Below, one piece after another: positions 11,701 to 21,109 of a stretch of 64,000 nt of DNA. Position numbers and translations under genes: made by a program. Below the pieces are notes generated by a model. The model saw nothing but the letters and a program-made list of their open reading frames with translations, ran no database searches and was not told the DNA's origin. Source of the stretch: Euglena gracilis (lineage: Eukaryota); the NCBI GenBank assembly GCA_039621445.1, contig CP154954.1:19392642-19456641 (forward strand), given 5' to 3'. Positions within the stretch are counted from its first letter, which is position 1, and every line of letters begins with the position of its first letter.

Positions 11701-13892
11701 GAGGGGATAATCCACTTCCGCTGGATGAGCTTCTCAATCATCTCGTTGAGAGCCTGTTCGCGTTCACCCGAGCAACGGAAGAATTTCCGGTGCATAGGTT
11801 TAGCGCCATCCTTGAGCTCGATTTTGCAAACACCGAACGGACCGCGAATCGCGGGGTCGATGTCGCAGGCGTAAACTGGATTATCCAGTACACCATGAAA
11901 TTCGCGAGTAATTCGCGAACAATAGTCAGCGGACTTGGGGTGTTGGTCCGCACTCTCAATGACCGCAGAAATCTGCGTTGAGGGTGTGGCATCCCCATTG
12001 GTACCAAGGTATCTTGGCACACGCAAATCGGATATTCCGAATGCGTCAAAGAAACAAACGCGAAAAATGATTTCTTTAACAGGTGGTAATAATATACCAC
12101 AAAAATCCTCAAATAGTGGTACATCAGCGGGTAAATCCCACCAATGAAAACACACATGGGAAAGTTCGTGAAACCAATCCGCATTCGGATTGACGTGTAT
12201 GAGGAGAGCTCCTCGCGCTTCATCGCGGAGGATTTTCTCCACCACATCCGGGATAAGTTTTGGGGGAGGGTGCATCCATAGCACCGTATCACCCCAGAAT
12301 TTAAGAAATGCGTTGGTATGTCGCGACCAATATCGCGACAAGCGCGCATGCGCTTTTGATGAAAACGCATCAATTTCCAACGGCAAATCGAAGGAATCAG
12401 CCAAAACCGCGATTTTGGAGAACCATTCCTCCAAAATACGGTATTGACCAAAGTTAAATGCATTCCAGACACGCATCGCGTATGTGTCGACCTGATTCGC
12501 GGGTTGAAGAGCGGTAACGCAATTCAAGGATCCGCAAACATAGGTCAAGGGTGTGTCATCCACACTCCCAAGGGGCATTCCCAAGGGTTGATGGGTTGGA
12601 TGGGTACATACCCATTCCATATCATGCCAGATGGAGGTGGGGGAGGTGTGTGACACGGATTTCGCGGTCCCAAACAACAAGGCAATACCTCGTTGTTGGA
12701 GCACTTGATGTACGGTCGCGCATTGCGATCCGCAACCAAGTGTATGGTTACGCGAAATCGGGATTAGTGTTGGTGTTTGGACTAGACATCCACAATCGAA
12801 ATCTGGCTGGGCGGAAATTCTCCTACAGTGCACACATTGGAAGGAAGTGTCGGAGTAGTGGTCCTGGTCGCGCATGTTGTTCTGGTGGGGGTGTGTGTAA
12901 AAGTTGGGATGCGCTTTTGAAGCTGCTGGGGGGTGTACAGATGTATCTGAAAGCGATACATCTGGTGGAAAACGGGGTATTGGTTCAGCTGGGCGACTAC
13001 TCGACACCGTGATCACTTCAGGCCTTTGGGCTTTCGTCTTGTAACCCAGTGGAACGAGGGGGGTACCGCTACTCGCTTGCCCTGCCTCATGGGGAACGGA
13101 AGTTGGTGTGTCAATGGGCAGGGGGTGAACTTTCTCGGTACACCCGGTGTGGAAAACGTTGGTTGGTGTGGTTGGTAACGGGGTAAAAGTTTTCGAAAAC
13201 GGTGTGGAAAAATTGGTGGCTATCGCGGTTGACGCCACAGGTGATGAAGGTTTGGGGGGCAATGAGGAGAGCGGTGATGTGCGCAAACCGTGGGAGTGGC
13301 AATCCACTACCCGCCGGTGCTGACGTAAAAAGGGGTATCCCAGCTTTACGTCAGAACCATGGATTCCGGATTCATATCCCCAGGTATCCGGAAAATTTTG
13401 CGGTTGGGGGGGGTGTGAGTGGTGCTTGGGGATGAGGGGTAGGCCTATGTCCAAAAAGCATCCCAAGTCACCACCGCACATGGGGGTGTTGTCAGCCGTC
13501 GTAATTTTGATCGGCTTCTTGGCTTTCACCAAGAGGGGGGTTGGTATCAACCCGAACCGAAAAAGTAGTGCAATGCGACAACCAGTGTCAATGAGAATTT
13601 TGACTTTTGTACAAAAATTTTGGATTTTGATTTCCGCTTGGACCAAAAGTTCCATGGGGGGTAAGCAAAGTGAAGGGTCTGGCGAAAATACGTTTTCTTG
13701 CCAGCTTTCCCATGAACCCTTTCCTACTTTGCACAACATTCCGAGCGGAAAGTTGGAGTGGGGGGTGGGGGACCCGAAAATTTTCCGGGTACCGACCAGG
13801 AAGGCAGATGGGCAGGGGGGGCAGGGTTGATCAGGTCCTACCTCCATCTGTTCATCAGCCCAGAGGTCCGTGCCCTCGGACCTCGGGCTCCC
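11655..13892 (-). CDS. pol: Aspartic protease - spacer - N6-adenine MTase-like domain - RT N-terminus (pol)
   Basis: ILIDTGC protease motif with LGYPFL; IDAFSS...FWGDTVLWMHPPP MTase-like block; KIELKDGAKP...[10 protein letters not shown] start. The frameshift coincides with a 13-bp direct repeat at 11671-11683 / 11688-11700. Confidence 0.85.
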   Translation of the reverse strand, partial: GSPRSEGTDLWADEQMEVGPDQPCPPCPSAFLVGTRKIFGSPTPHSNFPLGMLCKVGKGSWESWQENVFSPDPSLCLPPMELLVQAEIKIQNFCTKVKILIDTGCRIALLFRFGLIPTPLLVKAKKPIKITTADNTPMCGGDLGCFLDIGLPLIPKHHSHPPQPQNFPDTWGYESGIHGSDVKLGYPFLRQHRRVVDCHSHGLRTSPLSSLPPKPSSPVASTAIATNFSTPFSKTFTPLPTTPTNVFHTGCTEKVHPLPIDTPTSVPHEAGQASSGTPLVPLGYKTKAQRPEVITVSSSRPAEPIPRFPPDVSLSDTSVHPPAASKAHPNFYTHPHQNNMRDQDHYSDTSFQCVHCRRISAQPDFDCGCLVQTPTLIPISRNHTLGCGSQCATVHQVLQQRGIALLFGTAKSVSHTSPTSIWHDMEWVCTHPTHQPLGMPLGSVDDTPLTYVCGSLNCVTALQPANQVDTYAMRVWNAFNFGQYRILEEWFSKIAVLADSFDLPLEIDAFSSKAHARLSRYWSRHTNAFLKFWGDTVLWMHPPPKLIPDVVEKILRDEARGALLIHVNPNADWFHELSHVCFHWWDLPADVPLFEDFCGILLPPVKEIIFRVCFFDAFGISDLRVPRYLGTNGDATPSTQISAVIESADQHPKSADYCSRITREFHGVLDNPVYACDIDPAIRGPFGVCKIELKDGAKPMHRKFFRCSGEREQALNEMIEKLIQRKWIIPSKSEWTSRASGAQTR

Positions 13893-16800
13893 CTACTCCA
13901 GGTCCGAACCGGCCGAATAGCCGGCTATGGGCCTTTTAGAGGTATAAACGGATTTCAACGTGCGCACCGCCATGCGGGCCTCGTCGAAATCGGTATCCGT
14001 GGTCTCATCCCCCTCCCTGCCCGAAGCCGGGGTGTCATCCTCCAAACAAGATATCTTGAAACCGACTTTATGGCGGTTGGAGGAGTGACCCTTGTCACCG
14101 CGATTCATACCGCGATGACGTTGGCCAGGGCGGGGAGAACGAGAACGCGGACATTTGGATGAGTGGTGATCACTCGATCCACAAAGCGAACACCGAGATT
14201 TGTGTCGCGATTCTTGGTAACGGGGGGATCGGTTTCCCGATTTCCCGTCAAACCGTCGTGGTGACCGGATATCCCGTCGACCATGACCGGTGTATCGGGG
14301 TTTTCCCGATGACGATCGCGAAGAAGATGATCCGCTTCGCGAACGCGATCGCGATGTCTCGCGATGAGAATCTCGCTTCTTGGCCGGGGCACCGGGTGAC
14401 CTACCCCGAGGGGTACCGTGTTTCCGCTCATCGCGGAACGGGATCCGGGGGCTAATACCACCGGAACGGGGACCCGATGACCGTGAATTGCCCGATTGGC
14501 GTGAAAACGCGGAGGAACCCGAACCTCGTGATGAGGTCGAGCCTCGCGGACTCTGAATACGCTTTCGCGCTTCAGGATTAGGACATTCCCGAGACATATG
14601 TCCCGATTTGTTGCACAAAAAGCACACTTTATCTGTGGCTTGGTCCGAAGAACGCGGGTATCGCGTTTTCGATCCCGTGGTGGGTGAAGTAGGTGAAACC
14701 GGTTATTTTTGCAATGTGTTTACCGAACCAGCCGGTAATCCAGCGGTTGGGTGTGCGGTATACGCGGATTGAATCTGACCAAGAAGCTGTGATAGCTTCA
14801 ATTGCTTGGAAACGTAGTTCCAGCGTTGGTCAAGAGTCATTGCATTACCCGCCAACTCCTCACGATGGATATCCTTGATGAGGCTAGGCGTGAAATGCAT
14901 GAGAACAGCGTCAAACTGTTCGCGCATTTGCTTTTCACTGAGTTCATCCACTTCAGCGGCAAGTCCTAACCATTTGGCATACCAAAGGTCAATGGACTTC
15001 CATTTGCGATCGGGTGGGGCGCATTGCCGCCACTTGGTCTCCAGGGTAATCCTAGCGACCAAACTTGAACTGGTGGAAGCGTATTGCTCCACCAGGTCAT
15101 CAAAGGAAACGCGGTAGCGAATGACGAGTTGTCGCGCGCGCTCCTTCTCATCCCTAGGGAGGCAATCGATGAATTCCATCTTGATCACCTCCGGGTTTGT
15201 GTCCTGGGTTGGCCCTTTCAATGCCCAGTAATACTCCCAGTCCCGGAAAAACTGTCTCCATGTGGTTGGATCACCGTTCCATTGGGGTTTCACCTTATTC
15301 GCGATTGCGATGGTGCCCTTGAAGTCTTTCTGAAAAACCCGTTGGCCCTCGGTGGTATTCCGTGGATTCGGGCCCGGGTACGCTCGAGCACCAAGCGTAT
15401 CCTTTCCGGATTCTTGTCGGAATCGCGAAATTTCTGGTGAAGGTGAATCCTGGTACCGGAAATCCGGTCGCAAACCCTGTTGGTCACCCGTAATAGGGGG
15501 ACACTCCGGTGTGGGGGTATGTCGCGCATGCAACATGTGACCCACTCCCGGTGTACGGGTTTGGCTCATTCCACGCACAAGCATGGAATGATGGATTTCT
15601 TGGTGGAGACTTGGCGGAATCGCCGTGTTTTCCGCGAATTCGGTTCCCGTAATGGGAAATTCATCCGAAAACTGGTTTTGAGTTGTAGGCAAGGCCAATG
15701 GTGGCACAATTCGCGGAATCGCGGATTGTGACACTCGGGACACGGGTGGTGGTGGTGCATGTGCACCCAGATTCGGGTTGTGGAAACGCGAATCTGGAGC
15801 ATCTGGCGCATCTTCGGCAATGCATACTGCCGAATTGCGGTGTGAAACCCGCTGTTGGTTGGACACATTATCCAAACCCACAGACAAGTCATGCACACTT
15901 TGCTCCAAATGCTCAACGAGTTGGAGTTGGCCGCAAATACGGTCAACTTCATCCTCCAAAGCGCGAATACGCTTGCGGTAACGGGAAAAGTCATCCAAGT
16001 GCGGAATCCTTTCGGAAATTCCGGTAACATCTTGGACAAGTTTCCCGTGAGACTTATCCAATAATTGGAGTTGTCCCATTAATGCTTTTACAGCATTTGA
16101 GAGAATCTGCAAAGGTGATGTCACCTTGGTTGGTGTGGTGGTGGGTGCAACCGGTGCAGGGTTATCCGACAACACGGTTGTGGTACCCATGGGCAAATTT
16201 CCAGGTTGTGGGTTATCCAACAACGCGGAAATTCGCTCATCCAACCTGGTAATCTCACTTTGCGTGGATCGGGCATTCCGATTCACCGATTCCTCAAGCC
16301 GTAATAGGCTGTTGCAGAAATCTTGCAAGGTTTCCTGATTGTTAGTGAGCATTTTGTCATAAAATGCCTTGAAATCAGGGTTCTCGGTAATCCGAGAACT
16401 GGAACCTGCAGGTAGAGACTGCATTTCCGTTACTTTGGTAGACACCGATGCATACCGGGTCTGGAGTTCCCCAATAGCAGTCTGAATACCGCTAATGTCC
16501 GGAACTCGGTGGGAAAGTGCGGAATAGCTTTGTTGCAAACCCGCAATGGCCGAGTTAATCCCGCCAATGTCGGATTGCAACTGCAACTGCAGGGAATCCT
16601 GCCGTTGTGCCATTTCCGCGACTTTCGCGCTCAGATTGGATAATCCAACCCGATTCGCGTCACAATAGCAGGTTTTCTGCTCCAAACGGGAAAGTCGCTC
16701 CTCCAACTGCCGCACATACGTGTGGGGAGCAAAATTCTCGTTGGCTTGTGACTGGAATTGCCGAAACTTTTCCGTTTCATCGCACAACTGCATAATGCGG

Positions 16801-17871
16801 TGTTGCGATTCATGGAAAGTTGCGGACAATGTGGTGAAAATGGTCCATAGACACAAATCCACCACTGCTGGATGTTGCAGACGAGGAATCTCGTGCATGC
16901 AACTGTTGTTGCAAATGCAACAACGCGGATGAACAGGACTCCATTTGTCCCGATAACTGTTGTAGTGAGCCATGCAAGTGCAGAAACTTGGAGTCATTCC
17001 GCGTTTCCGCTTCATGCATGCATTCACTAATTTGCCGGAAGTTTTGCGGGAGCTGTTGGCATATTCTGTCAAAGGTTTCCCGAAAGTTTGCAAGGTCAAT
17101 ACCCGCACTTTCGAAATTCCTCTGGCAATATCTGCCAACTTCCTGCAAGTAATTCCAGCAGTGTTCCAGCTTGGTGAAGACATGTTTCTGGTTGTCCTCA
17201 TCAAACTGAAGCACTTTGTTCAATGCGGTTGCACACTCTGCAACGCATTGTTGCACATGGTTGAACTGCCTCACAAGGGGGTGATCCCCTGGAAGCCGAG
17301 CAACAATATCCTGCACATCCTCAGCAGTGAGGAGCTCACCAGTGCCCTTCCCATAGTCATCCATGGGTTGGGATGTACCGGAGAATTCCGGCACCACGAG
17401 GCGAGTCTCCGGTTGCCAAGGTAGTGCGGGATAGCACCCGATATCGGGGGGTGGTGGCAAAGCTCTGTAAGGGCTTGCCGGTGGAAGAACGGGTGGTGGT
17501 TGAAAGAAACACGGGGTTTCTAGCCCACCATCACCAGAGAAGCCCGGTGGCGGAATCACCACGGGTCTCTCCGGTGTGTGCAGCTGCACCATTGCCGCAG
17601 ACAGAGGCGAATACCCCCGTTGTGGCAAGGTGAGTGCGGAAGAGGCCGCATTAGCCTCTGAAGCCAATGATGTGGAGGGCTCATCGCCGACCACTGTCAA
17701 TGATGACAAGTGTTGCAATCTTGACAATTGAGCCAATTGTGCCTCATCGGCGTGGGAACTGGAAGCACTTTCACATAAAAGCTTCCAATCCCCAGTTTCT
17801 TTGTCAATGTCTTGCAATGATGCCTGTAATAAGGCATAGTTGAATTGATGGTTGGGGCCTGTGCTTTGCAT
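13893..17871 (-). pseudogene. gag: Long gag: coiled-coil N-terminus, capsid-like region, two CCHC zinc knuckles
   Basis: ATG at 17871; 1-bp frameshift in a T4 run near 16840; capsid-like WNGDPTTWRQFFRDWE; in-frame TAA at 14703; knuckles CFLCNKSGHMSREC and CSLCGSSDHHSSKC. The TAG at 13893 is in frame with pol. Confidence 0.85.
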
Positions 17872-18128
17872 CTTTCTGGTGACAAAAACAGCAAAAACCC
17901 ACAAAACTAAGCAGTTGTGCTGGCACCAGAGGGGCTGTAACGGGTAATACCGTACAGAGCCTTCCGGAGCCTGCTCGTCTGCTTAGACGTTGACTAGAAG
18001 CCGGGAGCTGACGCTGCGACCGTGTAATAACGGTGCAGGGGCTCTCCGCTGCCAGTCAGCGTAGGATCGAACCAATCTGCTACCAAGTGTAATACTTGAT
18101 AGCGTTTCTCTCTGTATGGGCTGTATGT

Positions 18129-18155
18129 GTAGGATCGTGACCTAATCTGCTACCA
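18129..18155 (-). promoter_or_regulatory. Primer-binding site complementary to the initiator tRNA-Met 3' end
   Basis: Minus-strand tggtagcaga starts 2 nt after the 5' LTR. The plus strand reads gtaggATCGtgacctaatctgctaCCA, like the T-arm and acceptor end of eukaryotic tRNAi-Met. Confidence 0.75.
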
Positions 18156-18157
18156 AG

Positions 18158-18469
18158 TGTACGTCTGATTCCCAACTCTCCTTTCCCAATTCCCAAAAGC
18201 CTTTGCTTTCGCCTTGGCGCACCTACTTGGGAACTGAAAATCAGAGTAACAGAAAACCCTTTTCCCACTTCCCAAGAAGCAAAGCACGGAGCAATGCAGG
18301 GAGGACGGACTGGATAACCAAGTCCGGTCCGATGGAAAGGAAGGAAAAGGTATAAAGAAGAATACCACCTGTGGAGAGAGAAGGGGCACCCATTAGGAGA
18401 TCCTAATAGGATCTGCTTCCATCCTAACTTCCTCAACGGAAGGGGACAGAAGCATACGCCTGGTACACA
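18158..18469 (-). repeat. 5' LTR (312 bp)
   Basis: Direct repeat of 1937-2249, followed by the PBS on the minus strand. Confidence 0.95.
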
Positions 18470-18484
18470 GTGTGCCGACCCCCC

Positions 18485-19029
18485 TCTACCTCTATGTCAC
18501 CTCTATGTCCATAAAATGTTATAAACTGGCACAAATGAGGGCACAAAAGGCTCCACATGCCTCAAATTTGGCAAATTAGCATCTCAACGCTTCTTATTTA
18601 GGTTACGAATGAGAAAAACTATCCGGATGGGTGGTTTCAAAAAACTGCCATTCCTAAGAGATTCGTGACAAGAATGGCCAATTTCTGATTTTTTTGCATA
18701 AAATTGCCTTCGCTCGGCAGAAATTTTCTTTATAAGCCACTTTCCTTGCAGTTTTGGCATTGAGGTGAGTCAAGTTTGGCAGCTACTACGACCAAATCAC
18801 GCCACATGGTAAAAGCAAAAGGCCAGAAGAAAGAAGATAAGCCAACCAGAACGCCAGGCGAGCAAACAAGTCGATGACATCAGCACCAGCCGCGGGGAGC
18901 AGCGCGCAGCAAAACGAGAAGCAACAACGGAGGGATGGAGACACTTACCGCGGCAAGAACCACCGTTGCGGGGTTTTGCCCTCACTCCTTCCCTGCCGCA
19001 TCTTACCTCACGGATGTTTTACTTTGTAC

Positions 19030-19030
<1 letters not shown>
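18485..19030. repeat. Right part of a dispersed repeat whose left part is at about 1164-1725
   Basis: Highly similar to 47820-48362, where the family is uninterrupted from about 47704. Confidence 0.8.
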
Positions 19031-19066
<36 letters not shown>

Positions 19067-21109
19067 CGGCACAAAGCAAAAACACAAGCACTCAGCCAGG
19101 GCTGGGTGGAGGTAGAGGGATAGAGGTAGAGGTAGAGGTAGAGGTAGAAGTAGAGGGAGAGGTAGAGGTAGAGGTAGAGGTAGAGGTCACCTATACCTCG
19201 GGCGAGGGCTAGGGATACCCGTTGACTGGGGGCTCCCCATATCACATTAAAAACTGTCATTTCCCACGTTTGGATATTTCTGACGCTCCGGTGTTATATG
19301 GTGTGGTAGAGTTTGGCGTGACGCGTCGTTCGCTGTTCACCGTCATGCCATGCAGCTGCTCGTTTGATGATCCTACCGAGCAGTTTGCACGTCTCCGGAC
19401 CCAGGAGCTGGGGTATCTGGCTAGCCGTGGCTGGCTGGCTGGCAAAAAAAAGGAGGAGGTCTGGCCAGCCATGGCCAGCGATGGCTGGCTGGGGGGATTT
19501 AGAGGAGGAGGAGGTCTGGCTGGATTCAGTGTTGAGGATCTGAAAGAGGAGGAGGAGGTCTGGCTGGCCGCGATCTCCCTAACCTATAACCGGAGCGATG
19601 TCCCGCCTACGCTCCGCGAATGCCGCCAATGCCCCCGCGAATGCCACGCGTAGGGGTAGAAAAGCGCCCCATCCGCGCACGCCGGACGAAGCGAATGGCA
19701 CCGTTGGATCCGGGCTGAAATGCTGTACGTGCCTGGGTAGGGGCGAAATGGCTCCCGTCGCTCGGTGCCCGAGATAGGGTGTTCGGTCTCGCCCGCGTCT
19801 GCACCACATTCGCGAAGGCCCGTGCGTGAGCACGGGCTTTACGTGCTTGTCTATCTTATAAACGCCGGATAAACAGCCCCGTTGCGCGATTTGGAACCGT
19901 AGGCCACCAAAAGCGCCCAAACCCTCGGTGCCGGGTCCCGTGGAATGGTGCACTGGGTCCGCCGTGTGAACGGGTACCCCCCTGGTGTCGGCGAAATCGC
20001 ACCTCGCCGGGTATCCAGAGATCTCGGGTCCCCAACGGATGGCGAGATTCCTTATTTCGCAGTAAGCAGTCAGAACCAGCCCAAGCAACAGACCATGGGA
20101 ACAGGCGGGGTTGGTGCCCCCGAATGCCTGGCGTCGATGCGCATCAGGTGTGCTGTACCCAATTGTTCGATGCTGCTGAATGCGTGGGTGGTTGCTGTGT
20201 GCCCAAACGTTGCAGTTGAGTTTGGATAGCCAAAAGGTGCCCGGGAGGGACGGGTATGCATTCCGGTTGGTTTGGCCTGCCGGGAGTGCGTGGAGCAAAA
20301 GTTAGCATTTTCGTCCATGTGTGCGCACTGCCTGTGAATTCGCCTTTTGGAGATCACGTTTTTGGCTTTTTGCAGGCCCGTTCACCCAGTTAAACCACCC
20401 CTGTTTGGTCTTCCAGTTTCAACGGGTGAAAGAGATTGAGAGATTTCTTGCACAGTCAGGTTCCAGATTTTGGGCCCATTTGGTCATCCATGCTGGTGGT
20501 GAATGGTGAGGTAGAGTGACCTGTAGGGGTGAAGATGCCCAGTTTGTGAAAAGAATTAGAAGCAAGTGCAAGTGTGTTTAGAATCTGCAGAGAACAAGGA
20601 TTGCATTTGCACCTTTGGGTTGCATTTGTGCTGCATTTGTGCATTTGCGTGAATCCCACCTGCATTTTTTTTTCCAGGCTGTGCTGATCTTTCAAAGAAG
20701 CGAAGAAGCCATTGAATTCAGGTTTGCTTTCAGGTTGCAATTCAGGTTGCAATTATGTTCTGCAGGGTACCTGTGGTGATCATTCAAAGAAGCAAAGAAG
20801 CCATTGAACCCAGGTTTGTTTGTTTTTTTTATTTCAGGTTTGCAACCTTTTGACCATCTTGAGATGTATCGTGAGCTTCAGCCCAGGACATGTTTGGGGG
20901 AAAGCCTCCAGGAAACCCCTGGGGGCTCCCACTTGGGGGGAGGGGTTCAGGGAACCGGGTTTGGCACTCCAGAACGTCGACATCAAGGAGCCCAGAGAGG
21001 AGAGCGCGCGCACGCCCCCGAATATGTTTTCTTTTTCCTTAATCACCTAGGGGAATTAGGGGTTATAAAACTTTTTTTTCTGTGCTTTTTTGGAAAAAAA
21101 AAGAATGAA

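Larger units (their letters stand above)
1937..18469 (-). mobile_element. Full-length Ty3/Gypsy chromovirus LTR retrotransposon (16.5 kb) with MTase-like domain and extra 3' ORF
   Basis: Two direct LTRs with TG...CA ends, PBS and PPT. Domain order gag(CCHC)-PR-RT-RNaseH-IN-chromodomain. Imperfect 5-bp TSD gtgag (1932-1936) / gtgtg (18470-18474). Confidence 0.95.
1726..18484. mobile_element. Small (~225 bp) TIR element (PIF/Harbinger-like MITE) split by the chromovirus insertion
   Basis: 13-bp TIRs ggggggtcggcac (1726-1738) / gtgccgacccccc (18472-18484) and 3-bp duplication tct (1723-1725, 18485-18487). The flanks rejoin into the repeat seen uninterrupted at about 47770-47850. Confidence 0.7.

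Noticed and set aside
3077-17871. Alternative genetic code to explain in-frame TAA, TAG and TGA
   Set aside because: All three stop types occur, only four times in about 14 kb, and each is one C>T from a sense codon. Ordinary decay is simpler.
18129-18155. tRNA gene
   Set aside because: Only the 3' ~27 nt including CCA is present, positioned as a PBS; there are no D or anticodon arms.
1726-18484. Giant autonomous DNA transposon (16.8 kb with TIRs)
   Set aside because: There is no transposase; all but about 225 bp is the LTR retrotransposon.
19222-20760. Complex-looking sequence with ORFs of 94-239 aa
   Set aside because: No motif, splice pattern or homology that I can support; left unannotated.
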